From: Chrysomallon squamiferum | Taxonomy: Eukaryota; Animalia; Mollusca | DNA length: 64,000 nt | Direction of reading: 5' to 3' | Assembly: GCA_012295275.1 (NCBI GenBank) | Contig: CM022668.1 | Span: 11,222,001-11,286,000 of the forward strand | Shown: positions 1 through 14,100 of the stretch, one piece after another | How the letters are laid out: the number at the start of each line of letters is the position of its first letter | Position numbering within the stretch: the first letter of the stretch is position 1 | Program-made: the position numbers and the translations under genes | The notes under the pieces: generated by a model | Database searches by the model: none | Seen by the model: only the letters and a program-made list of their open reading frames with translations | Told to the model about the DNA's origin: nothing

Positions 1-365
1 TTGTATCTGAACATAATTTTATTTAAAATACTTTATAAAGTTAGGTTGTTTTGTATCTGAATATGACTATTTAAAGTTTAATAAAATATTATAACTGTTT
101 AAAATACTATAACTTTCTTTAAAATACAATAACTTTGTTTCAGTACAATTCAGAGATTAGTTTTGGAACGTAATTTTTTAAATAATACTTTAAAGTTTAT
201 GCAGTTCAGTAATCAATATCGGAATGAACTTTATTTAAAATAGTTTTTCCATTCAATGATTAGTATAAAGAACTATGTATATATATGTACATTTTAAACA
301 ATGCATCAAAAATAATTGATACAGAAGGACACTTTTTACATTTAAAATGTTGAAATGTTTTTCAG

Positions 366-476
366 GACTTTCTATGGCATCCAATGGTGAACATTTCAAT
401 GTATTATGTGTACAAAAACTGGCTGCTTAGTGAGCCAGGAACCAGACCAAACCTTGTAGTCACAGGAAGCGCTTTG
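366..476 (+). CDS. CASD1: CASD1 exon (first in window)
   Basis: ttcag|[37 protein letters not shown]|gtaag. Confidence 0.9.
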
Positions 477-3400
477 GTAAGATTTTATTATTACACAGAC
501 AACCAGTACATTTCTTGTTATTGTCATCTTCACACTGATAGTGAAGAAAGTTTAAAAGAAAAGTTAAAAAATAAAAAGTAAAGGCAAAATGAAACCTCAG
601 AGTAGGTACCGGCAGCCTAGCCGATATAATTGGTCGAAGCTGTTAAAAGTTCAGATTTTGTCCATTTTCCTCCACTCCCAAATCCCTTCTATAAATCCTA
701 CCATTAAAAAAATACATGTAACTAAAGATCTTTGTGTGCTCTTTTAAATGGTGTTGTTGTTCTTGTTGCATGTTAAATGAGTTCTTTGTACGAGAGTGTT
801 AAACACAGTGGGGGTAAACAAACTTCGGTGCCAGTGGTCAGCAATTAACAGCGTGGAGTAAAACCCTAAAATAGGGTCTCTCTCCAAACGCCTGGCTTGT
901 TTTTGCCAAAATGGCTTCATTGTTATTTTTAGCACAGCAAGGAGGGTCAAAGTTCAATCTTTCTAACAGTGTGGATGTCGTTGCTGGCAATCGCTTATAT
1001 CAAAAGTTGTGTCCAAAAATGTACTTTTTCATGCCTTCAAACCAATTTTGAAAAAAACGGGCTGAAAATAAAACCTATGTTCACGGGATCAACTGAAAGA
1101 TCATTCAATTACCTTTCAAACAATGTGTGACACTATGGTGTGTCTTCTTTGGCGAAAACAAGCTCCGCGCTTGAACATAGCATGTGCTTAGTGAAATCGC
1201 CATTACGTTACGTTTTTTACAGAACGAAATCGCCATACAGCTAGAAAGGTCTGGCACTGTTTAAAATGATTATATTTATATGTTGTTTATATTTTTAATA
1301 ACTTGTTGGTTGTTTGTTTTTCTTCAGTGTTCCTACTTTTAGCGTAAACATTATAGCACATGCATAGCAAAATTGCACTCTGAAATAAACAAATTAACAT
1401 TGTTTTGCCGATTACTATCTTCAGTTTAAAACCGTCAGTTATTTTGCTTTCAAAATTCTTGTGATAAACGTCGAATTAAGAAGTGATAAATATTGAATTA
1501 AGAAGCATAAACATATCAAACTATACAACATAATAGAACAATGTATTCAGAGGTAATAATGGAATGCTGAATAAAAATCTAATCACTTTTTTTAAAATAT
1601 AAAATCATAAATTGATCAGTTTTAAAACATTATTTTTGCTTGTTGATAACCTCTATCAGAGAAAATTTCAACAATGGTCAGATGATATGTAACTTTTGTT
1701 TGCTGTCAAATCACAGCAAGTACAAAGCTAAGAAAATTTTTTTTATATTTGCTTCAAATGACAGACTTATAACACCTGTGTCATTAATTGCCTCTAGTCT
1801 CATGATTACATACATTTTGTTGTCCCTGATTAATACCTGCAACACCTTTCTGGTGTTGACTCAAAGGATTAGCTGAGTTTATGTATTGCAAAGGATTATG
1901 GTTAAACATCAAATGCTTGTAGACCTTTTAAGTAACATTTTATATATATATGATATATACACATCACAATATCTTAATTTATTACTACCAATTATTTAAT
2001 AGAATGAAAATTGAAGCTGCTTATGTAAATAAAGTTGTGCTGTTCTATATAAATTGAAAAGTTAATTTTTTTTTTTATTGGCTTTTCAGAATTTTTTAAA
2101 ACTTTTTTATTACAAATGTCATTTGAAAGATCTTGATAAATAGTTCACAACACAAGTTGAATTTGTCAAATTTGTCTATTTGAACTTTTAGTCATTCTGC
2201 CGTGTGTCATTTTGAAGATGTTGGCATGTTCAGCATGTTATTGTGAACAGACATACAAATATACAGGTCTGAAAAAACTGAGCTCATTTAGCAAGTTGGT
2301 CCCATCATTCTTGTTGATTTAGGGCCTTTTGTGTCAATTACTTTTCAAACTACCATTGGCCAAAGTAGCCCTTTCTGCTAATTAGCCAAAATAGGGCTAA
2401 AAAACAACCAAATACCCGTCGTACCAATTCGCATATATCTTCTTAACCGCTGGAGATACAGTCATATTTTTTTGTGTGTTTTCATTCTTTTTGCTACAGG
2501 TTTCATTATGTGCTATTATGTGAAATTAAAGTCAGAAAAAAATTGCCTGCCAGTACCTACTCAGAGAAAAAAAAAAGAAGTAAACTAAGAAAAAACATAT
2601 AAGAAATAGCATGAACCAAATGTTGTTTTGTTTGTTGGGTTTTTTGTATTTATTGGTTCTTTTCATTAAATTTAAATTAATTTCTAATTAAAGCAATAAT
2701 CAGACCATGTTTGAATCTTCTCTTGCGAATAGAAATTATGGTTTACTAATCCACCAAAACATACCAAAGAAGTAATACAAAATATATAAATTTAAAATAA
2801 TGAAATAATATAATAAATATAAATATTTTATTTCATGGAGAAACATTTTATATCTTTTTTTTTTGGTAAACATATATTGATCAGTGTCCATGTTAAGTGT
2901 TGTGATGAGTATTAAGCATCACATAAAGTGCACAGCAGCCACAACATTAAAAATAAACAAAAATACAATAGAGTGAAGATAAACTATTTAACTAATTTTT
3001 CAGTGGTGTATCAAAATAAACAATGGCAGTGAAGAGGCATTGGAGAACTATAAAGGTGAATGTTTAAACTTTATTTTATTTAAATTTTAAATGTTTAAGC
3101 CATCTGACAGCAGAATTCTTTGATTTAACATTTTATATTAGTTCTTTATGTTTAAAAGATTTTTAAAAAGAACTAATATTTTTCTTCTTTATTAACTTAC
3201 ATTTTTATAATTATTTTAAAATAATTAATTATATGGCGACTTCTCTGTTAATGTATGTATGTAATTGCAGTAAACCTAACCACCATTGTACGCTACATCA
3301 ATAAACTCAAACAGTCGACAAAAATTCTCTGGACCTTACAAGGTAAGTTTTTATTTCACAAAATATATAGGACTTCATTCAAAGTTTGGCTTTACATTTT

Positions 3401-3630
3401 AAGGAGTTTGTCATGCTAACAACACTATTACATCAATACCAACACAGATCTTCAAAATGTAAATTCCAACCTTGGTCATGCTAAATGTTTCTTGCCTTCT
3501 GGATTATTGTTTGCATCATAAAGTGTTTTAAATTTAATAAATATTTCAATAAGATTATAAAACAATGATATTTCCACTGTTCCTGTTTGATTCTGGATGG
3601 CAGTCAGAAGAATAAATCACAGAGAATGTG

Positions 3631-3687
<57 letters not shown>

Positions 3688-6619
3688 CGTGTGTGTTCGT
3701 ACATTTGTTTGTTTTACCTGTATTATATGTGTGAGAATAATATATATATATATAGACAGTTAGATAGATATATATATATATATATATAAAGCATCCATCA
3801 ATCTGTCCATCCAAATATGTAGTACCCATGATTTTCTACACTTCCATCCTACTCTGTGTACTATTGTTCTAATGTACATAGAAAAGCAATGTAACTATCT
3901 CAATGCTTTCCTTAGTGTGAATAGTAACTGAATCAGCCTCTTGTCTGCTCCCACTGCTTTATTTCCTGTTCTAACCATTGCCTTGTAACAGATTCACATT
4001 TGGCTGTAGCATAGGTCTTTAAAATATTTTACAAGTAATTTAATAATGGTTGATTTTGTACAGAAATTTTATAACTAACATTTGACGAGCATTAATAATA
4101 AAATTAATTAATTCACTGTAATTCAGGTATTTAATTGTATTTCTTGTTTCAGACCCTGTTGTTGAAAAGAAGTTGTCAAAAAACCGGTCTATGATTACAA
4201 ATGAGCAAATAGATTTTTACAACAAAGCTGTGTTGGATATTCTGTATGTATTTAATACATGTGTGAAAATACACACACACACACACACACACATGCACAC
4301 ATTGGCATACTCAAATACAGTCTCAAATACATCCATTTACATATAGACATTCCTGCATGTATTTATATATAGTATTCAAAGACATTGTTTTTATGTAAAT
4401 AAATATACATAGCACTTTAATAGGGATCAAACTGTTTGAATAATTAAAGATGATGTAGTATTTTTTTTTGTATTTCATAGAATAATAATGATAATAATAA
4501 TTATTATTATTACTGTTATTATTTTTAGTATTACTACTACACTGCTGCTACTATATTATTATTTATTATATGTTACAGGGGTATCAGTGAGGCCAAACTG
4601 TGGAAATCTCCCAGACTTGTAGCTCAAGGTTTGAACAAAGAGTCAGAAGATGGTTTGCATATGTCAAAGAATGTCATGTATCTTGTATGTGTTGTTACTG
4701 TTATTGTTATTTAGTAATGTTGTTGCTGTTATAATTTATTATTTTTATAATTATTTTTCTAAAATAAAGCCCTGAGCTGTAGTTTGTTATGATTTTATGG
4801 TTTGTTTAATTTTTAATAAATATAAAAATATGAGATTAAAACACATTTATTTTGAAATAGATATTTTATTTATTTATTTTCTCATTTACTTATCTATTTA
4901 TTTATTGATTTACTTATTTGTCTAGTTATTGATTTAATTATTTACTTGTTTATTTATTTACTGATTGAATTATATGCTTGTTTATTTATTTATTTATCTG
5001 TTTATTTAGTTACTTATTTATTTACATATCTATTTATTTATTTACTTATTTACTTACTTATTTATTTATTTATTTTGCAGGATGTTCAGATACTACTAAA
5101 CATGTATTGTAACAATGAGATGAATTACCATGATGGAACATGTTGTAACACACCCGAACCAGCCACAACACTTCAGATAATAACTGCCGCCTTCTTTCTC
5201 GTTTGGTATAGCCTTGTTTCTTTTTTATCATTTAGTATGACCTTTTTATCATTTAATACAACCTTTTTACCATTTTTGTATAACCATTTTATCATTTAAT
5301 AAATTGTTTTGTCATTTAAAATACCTTTTTTGTTGTTTGGTGTAGCCTTTTTAACAGTAAATGTATCTATTTATCATTTAGTATGTCATTTTATCATTTA
5401 ATATTTCTTTATATTTATTTAGTTTTGCCTTTTGATCATTTAATATATGTTTTTAATCATTCGTCATTAAATCTATATAAGTTTCATCATACAGAAGTCT
5501 TTTTATCTTATTGAAATTTAATATATTATCACATCATTTTTTTGATATAATCTTTCTTATTTATTACTTCATAATGCAGAAATAACTCACAATTTACTGG
5601 AATGGGAAAAAGAAAAAAAGATTTTTTTTTATAAAATAACGATAACTGAATTCTTTAGATTCCTTCAGTAATTGATTTTAAATTTCTTATATGTATTACA
5701 ATATTTTAGATAAGCTGAATTCGATTGATCTTATTTATTTATTTATTTATTAATTTTTATTTCTTAAAAAATTAAATTTTAATATTGTGTGATAAGAGTT
5801 AATTTAAAAAAAAAATTATGTAAAATTATTTATGGTAGTTCAGATATTAAGATATTTACTCAGTATGTCTGCTGAAAAACACCAAAATTCACCAATTCAT
5901 AATTTATAAAAGAAAAACCATCAAAATGTTATTATTTTTATTTATTTTAATTTTCAGCATGGTATCAGCATTGGCATTGTTGCTGTACAGACGAAAACTT
6001 AGACGTAATGGCATTAAAGCTAGAGCAGGTGAGACAGTTTTCTCCATTTTGTACTTTTATTTTTGTTTTTTGTAATTGTTTTATTTTTGTAGTTGTTTTA
6101 CTTTATTTTCTTCTCTTTTTCTCTTATTCTGTTTCTCAGTCTACCTACATATATATATAATTTCATTTTTTAATTTTATTTTGTTAAGAAAATGGATTTC
6201 GAAATGGTCAGTCTGCAGTCACTCAGGAATCCAGTGATGCAATATTTGATGTAGTTACCTCCCTTGCTAAACTGGGGCTGATAATGGCTTACTTCTATTT
6301 ATGTGACAGGTAACTTATTTTTAATTTTTTTTTATTTCATGACAAAATTTACAGTATAATATGTACAACTGATACATATTCATGTGCAAAATTATAATAG
6401 TAAATTAATGTGTTAAAATAGAGTTTTCTGATTATCCCTTGTATAAATCTGTACATCAGTTCTAAATTAGTGTAACTCCTAATGGTAAATATTTAAGCTT
6501 CTAACAGACTATAACAAATATGCAGGTAAGTATAATGGCAAAACAACAATTATTATTAATACAGCTATTTCTGTTATTATTGTAATAATTTGAAACATTA
6601 ATGATATTGCTGTTACTCT

Positions 6620-6685
<66 letters not shown>

Positions 6686-9600
6686 TTATAAGTAATTTTT
6701 ATGAATATTTTCAGCGATACCCCATTTATTGTGAATGTTGTTTCTATTTTCTATTGCTTTCTTTTTTACTTTTTTTTTTTTATGATTAGTCTATGCAATA
6801 TATTGGTTATTTCAGGACTAACTTTTTCATGAAAGAAAACAAATACTTCACTCGAGTTAATTTTTTCCTGCCTTTTGCTTACATCATGATTCTTGGAGTT
6901 TTCTTCACTGAGAAAACAGACCAAGTAAGTGAATAACTGTTACATCTAATAATAAAATATTTTAAATTTGTCAGAACAGAACACTGTAATATAAAAACTA
7001 ATAATTGTTTTATTTAAGATAAACATTTTAAGAAACTTGGTAGTATGGTGATTTGATTGATATGATAATAATATGTATTTAACAAAGATCAATCTTTTAA
7101 ATAAGTTTACAACCTCAGTTCTATAGTTATAGCACTGAGAGTAGATATTAAAGTTATAAATCTAATACTTATTTTAATTTAAATATTTTAAATAAGTTTG
7201 CAGGCAGCAACTTAGCAAGTAATAAACTATAGGTATTAAGATATCAAAGACAAAAGTTAATGTCTATAATATAAATATTTGAGATAAAATTGCAGAAAGC
7301 AAGTAATTGGTAACATTTTTCCCTCACTGGTTTATCAATATCCATGGTATGTAAATTCCTGTGTGTGGGAGGGCACACATATAAGATGTTTTCAATGAGG
7401 AAGACTATGATTGTTTTGTGTTTTTCAGACAAAGGTGTTACACAGAGACCAGACAGATGAATGGAAAGGATGGATGCAGCTTGTTTTTCTCATTTACCAT
7501 TTGACTGGAGCCAGCAAAGTTAGTTTTGTATTTCCTACAGTCATTATTTTTAAATTATTGTTATTATTTTCTTGTTCTACTTCATTTTCCTTTTCTTCTA
7601 ATATCATCATCATTGTGTTTGTTGTTGGTGTTATTATTCTTCATCAGTATATTAATTATTATACTTATTTTAATTATTATTATCATTATGATTGTTATTA
7701 TTATTAGTAGTACTTTTTTATTATCATCATTATTATTACTGCTATTACTACTGTTGTTACTACTATTATTATTATTATATTTAATATTACTGTTATTCTG
7801 TTTCAGGTTTTACCTCTCTACATGCACATACGTGTTCTGGTTTCATCTTTTCTGTTTCTGACTGGTTTTGGACACTTTACGTACTTCTGGATAAAGGGTG
7901 ACTATGGACCTATCCGTTACTGTCAGGTGAGATTACACATATGTGTTATACACAGGTATATTAGTGTTATACACAAATATATCAGTATTATATACAGGAA
8001 TGTAGTGTTACACACAGGTATTTCAGTGTTATATATAGGTTTATCAGAGTTATATGTAGGTTTATCAGTGATACATAGGTATATCAGTATTAGAGATAAG
8101 TATGCTAGTGTTATTACACAGAGGTGTATCAGTTAGGATACAGGTGTATATATGGTTATATACAGGTGTATGTGTGTTAAAGGCAGGTGTATCGGTGTTA
8201 AGTATATGAACAGCAGTGTTATATACAGGTATTTCAGTATTTTATATGTAAAATTCAGGTATTGTACATAATACCTGATTATATGTTTTCGTAACATATA
8301 TACAGGTTTATCAGGTATATTAGTGTTTTAATTTATATCCGGGTCTGTTGATGTTATATACAGGTATTTCAGTGTTAAGTTCAGATATATCAGTGTTATA
8401 TAAAGGCATATCAGTGTTATGCAGGAGATCAGTGAAATATACATATATGTCAGTGATAAACAGTTATATTTGTTGTACATAACTTATTGTGACATTTCAG
8501 TGTTGTTATGCAGGTGATCAGTACTATATGTAGCTCTGTTTGTTTTATGTACAGGTATGTTAGTGTTAAGTACAAGTATATCACTGTTGTTTACATGGAT
8601 ATCAGAAATACACAGGTAGATTAGTGTTACATACATATATGTCAGTGATAAGTACTTGTATATCAGTGTTACATAAAAGTATTTCAGTGTTACTATATAG
8701 GTCTTTCAATACTACATACAGCTCTGTTAGTGTTATATCAGGTATGTTACTGCATAGTGCACATATATCAGTGATCTAACATGGTATGTATGTCAGCATT
8801 ATATAGATAAGCAACATATATGACTTACATACATGTGTATCAATGTTACAACTTTTACAAGGGTATGAGTGTTACATACAAATGTTCCAATGTTACATAT
8901 ATATATATGGGTATCAGTGTTATATACAGGACTGTCAGTGTTATATACAGGTATATCAGTGTTACATACAGGCATATCAGTGTTATATACAGGCATATCA
9001 GGATATCAGTGTGACAGACACGTATATCTGTGTTATTTACAAGAATATCACTGCTTAATATGGTTGTATCAGTAACTCAGTTGATTTATAAACTGTGTAA
9101 TTCATATAACATACCCTCCTTAGCTGTATGTGAGAAAATGGTTATCTACAGAGGTGAAAGTGACACTGCTTTGCACTGTCTTCTTTCAGAATGGTTGTCG
9201 TCAATGTGTGTGTTATTGGCATAGTAGAAAAAATGGCTTACGTCGGGTTTTAGAAGTAAGTTAACCTTCTAGCTTACCTTTTTAATCTCTCCTCTTGATT
9301 CTGTACTTCAGCATTCACTTGTAACCAGTACCTTCAGCAGCCACTAATAGCATTCAGGCTTATCTAGTATGGCATTCAGCAATGTGTAGTAGCATTCAGA
9401 TATTAGTACAAGCATTCAGAAAGATTGTAGTAGCATGGAGATATATTGAGAAGCATTCGTTTACAACAAATTAGCATTCAACTGAAATTAATAGCATTCT
9501 GGTCAACAAGTATCTACTAGCATTCTTCCAAGCAATCAGCAAGATCTAGCATTCACATGTAACAGAATTCTACCCAATATTGAAATATTCATCATGAAGC

Positions 9601-11057
9601 ATACAACTATAAATAATATTACTTGAAATTTGCAGCATTCACAGTTTATAGCATTTGTTATCTGCTTGTGCAGCATTCACTGACCATTCAGTATTCAGTT
9701 CTGTTTTCACCATTAAATTGTAACTGGTAACATTACAATGAATCAAATAATTTTCTAGAGAAACTACCAGGATTATGTTTAGACAAGTAATATTAAAGAA
9801 ATGACTTCCACCTGAAAGTGGCAGCTTGAGCTTCTATATTGCTTGAAATTAGAAGCATTCATTTGTTTTATTTATGAAATATGATGCATTCACATCTTAT
9901 TTGCTTCCAGTCTAAAAGCAGTCGCCTTAAGCTTTGTTTTCTGACTGTAGAAGCATTCACATTTTAAATCTTTTTGTTGTCTGAAACAATTACTTTGCTT
10001 GCTGTGTTTTGTTATCTAATGCTAATAGCAGTCATTTACAGGTTTATATTATCTAAACTATCAGCAATCAATTAAAGCTCTATATATCATCTGCCTCTAT
10101 CACAGTATTATGTTAGAACTCTCACTATATGCTTTTTTAGAATTCTCTGCCTCTCAATGTCTCTGTGTTTTGTTAGAGTTCTCTGCCTTTGTCTCTCAAT
10201 GCTTTGTTAGTTCTCTGCCTCTCTCTCTCAATGCTTTGTTAGAATTCTCTGATCTCTCTCTTTTTCTCAGTTAGACTTCCCTGCCTCTATCTTAATGCCT
10301 TCTTAGAGTTATTTGCCTCTTTCTGTTTCTCTCAATGCTTAGTTAGAATTCTTTGTCTCTCTCTCTCAATGCTTTGTTATAGTTATCTGCCTCTTTCTGT
10401 CTCTCAATGTTTTGTTGAATTTTCTGCTTTGTTATAGTTATTCTCTCTGTCTCTCAATGTTTTGTTCTGAATTTGCTTTGTTAGAGTTCTTTGTTCTCTC
10501 TTTCTCAATGCTTGATTTTGATTTGTATTGAGTTTTTATCTCTACCGTTCTGGACACACATCCTTGAAACTGAACATCTGAATATGTTTTGAAATGTATG
10601 TATTGTGCAGAATATTGTATTATAAAATATCAATACTTAGATTTAAATGAAAAAGTGTGATAAGCATTTTAACAGAAACACTTTTTCAGTGAGAAAATAA
10701 TAATAATAACAATAAAATGACAACAACAACAACAACAAACAATAAAACTAACAATAATAATAATAGTTATAATATTATTATTACATTTCATTTACTTAAA
10801 ATCTGATGTTTAGTTTCACTTCAGTTTGTTTTCACCTCTGTAGATGGTTTGAAATAATTTGCTTTTTGTATTTTTGAAGCAGTAAAATATTGTCTTAATA
10901 TTTAAACATCTTTTTATTTCAAGAGTGATGATTTCTATTCAGTGAATATTCTTATCTGCTATTTCATTAAAAGCTTGTATTATTACTGTTATTACTGTTG
11001 TTGTTATTATTTCATAATTATTATTAACCTTATTATCATAATTATTGTTATCATAAC

Positions 11058-11108
<51 letters not shown>

Positions 11109-14100
11109 ATATCTAAAATTTAAAGATTTTCTATTAAAATAAAAAAATTGAAACAATTTCTGGAATTTTCTGAAATTATCTAAAATTAAATTTTTGAAGT
11201 TATTTCACAGTTTGTAGTAACAATTTTTTTTAAAAGAATAAGAACATTATATGCAATTGTAATAATGTAAAGAATATTAAACACTTAAAAATATATTATC
11301 TATAAACCTTCCTAAAAAAAAAAATTTTTTGACACAGCAAGTGCATTTTGTTAACACCCAGGCTTATTTCCTAAAATGAAGTGTGGCAGTAAAATAAGTA
11401 GTCTGTGAGGAAATACTTATTTTCCTGTTTTCTGTTTTTACTATATTCATGATGTCATACAATGTATATATTTAAAAATACATTTAAAAAATTAAATTAA
11501 ATAAATAAAAATTTGATAAAGGTTTGGCTATAAATTCAATATTTTTATTATTATGATTAAATCGTAGGAAATATAGGTACATCAATCATTTTTATTTGCA
11601 TTGCTGTTGATAATGTAATGTTATGGTGAGATGGACAAAATAGCTGCCTGTGTTTTGTTGTTATTTATTTATTTATTTATTTATGAGTTTTTATTTAATA
11701 TCTCAGGTTCTGTTTAGAGTGATTATTTGTTTATTTATGAGTTTTTATTAATATCTCAGGTTCTCTTTAGAATGATTATTTATGAGTTTTTATATACTAT
11801 TTCAGGTTCTCTTTAGAATGAACTTGCTGGTCATTGTGTTGTGTTTTGTTATGAATCGTCCCTATCAGTTTTACTACTTCGTACCCCTCGTCTCATTCTG
11901 GTTCATTGTCTGTTATGTTACCATGGCAATGTGGCCACATGTAACACAGGCATCAGCTGAAAGTAAGACAACATTATTTATTTATTTATTTATCATTACT
12001 ACTTATTAATTTTTATTTTTAATATTTGTTGAGGTATTTTTCTAAATATTTTCTTTTCTTTTTCTTTTTCTTTTTTTTAAATTTTTAATAAAGTTTATAA
12101 TTTAGTTTATTTATATTTTAAAAGTTAGTTTATCAAAATAATAATTTTAAGTCTAATAATGTCTGTTACCTTACATTTAATAGTTCTTATATTTCTATAT
12201 GATAATAACGTTCATTATCCTGTTAATGCCATTTATCATTTAAATAAAAAAAGTAATAATTACATTTATTTTACCCAGTTACTTAATATATTTCTACACA
12301 CTAAAAGTGACTAATACAGGTTATTTTGTGCTTTAAAATAATGTTTTTATTTTTATTTGCAGGTAATGGACGTCACTATTTCTACATGATAATAAAGTTT
12401 ATTATTCTTGTGACTATTGTCAGTTTATTTTACTTATCAGAAGTAAGTAATATCACTTATTTCATGTTGTATATTTCTTCTATGTTCTTTCTGTGATATC
12501 ATCAGTTGAAATGTCTTGAATATCAGTATCTTACCTGTTTCTAACTAAATCTTTTTTTTTCTGTTTTAATTACAAAAGTTTCATGTTAAATATTGATTTA
12601 TTTAATTTTTATTATTTTATCACATTTTGTCTATTTTATCTTTATTATTATATTTTATTTATTGTTTTATATATGTTATTACTGTCATCATCAGCATCAG
12701 CAGCATTATTATTATTGTCATCATTATTGTTATCTGGTTATTTATTTTGTGGTTGTTTGTTATTATTTATGGCAAATGTTTTATATACAGTGGTATCTTG
12801 ACTTACGAGTTTAATTTGTTCCGTGACTGACTCGTATTTCAATTTGCTCATATATCAAATCAGTTTTCCCAGTTGAAATTAATTTAAATACCACTAATCC
12901 ATTCCAGCCCCCCAAAAACCACCCCAATTTTTTGTAACGTGGTTGTAAATAAGAAAATTATATGTACAAATGACAAATATTGTACAAAAAAAACAAAATA
13001 ACAGAGAATGTAAAGAAATAAGTTGGTTCTGTAAAATGTACAGAGTTAGGATTTCTCCATCTTTTCATGGACAGAGGTCTGCAGCTTAGAAATTATTTTA
13101 ATGCCTTTGGCTGGAGTTATAGCCTTTATCAACTCCTGTTTCAATATTGTACATATCGTAAAAGTACTAAGCTTTTACTGCCTAGCCATGTTGACTACAT
13201 GCACAATTTGCTCATGTTTTTCTATGATTTCATGCTTTAATTCAAAGGACATCATCTGCTTCTTCTTCTCAGCAGTGTCCTTTGCACTCACTTTCTTAGG
13301 ATCCATGGAAATTTGACAAAATACTGTACAAGACACAGGCACAACACAAAAGAGCGAGGTAACCACATGAAGCAAATGAGGGCCGATGTTGTGTTGTTCG
13401 TTGCACCAAGTAGCAGCGGCATATCTGACGCTCGCTCTAACTCAGATTTTGGCTCACAACTCAAAGCAAAAACTTGACGGGTGACTGCTCATATCTCGGA
13501 CAACTCATAAGTTGGAGCACTCATAATTCGAGGTACCACTGTATTAAGAAATACATTTCTAAAAATTACTTTCATTTTATTCAGGTTTTCTTTGAGAAAG
13601 TATTTTTGACTCGTCCATTCAAAGGGATGTTTGTTATGTCAGATGACTCTATACATGAGTGGCGATTCCGATGGCAGTTAGATAGATATGTAAGTAATTA
13701 GTATTTATATTAATTTAACTGTGGAATATAGATAGATTTGAAGTAGTTAGTATTTATATTAATTTAGGTGTGGAATATAGATAGATATGTAAGCACTTAG
13801 TATCTATACTAATTTATATGTGGACTACTATTTGTGTTTGACTGTCAAGATGTGTAAAAATAGTATTTTATAAATTATCTATTGTCACTTTCAGAATAGT
13901 GGTTGTGTTCAACTGTCAAGTGATATCTTGTTTAATAATTATTTATATTATAGGTTTATCAAAGACCTCTGTTCAAATAAGTATTTATTTTATGTTATCT
14001 TTGGAATGTTGTTTGTGTTTGACTATTAAGTTGTATCCATATTTTAATATTCATTTATATTCCAGAATGTTATCTATGGAATGCTGTTTGTGTTTGAATG

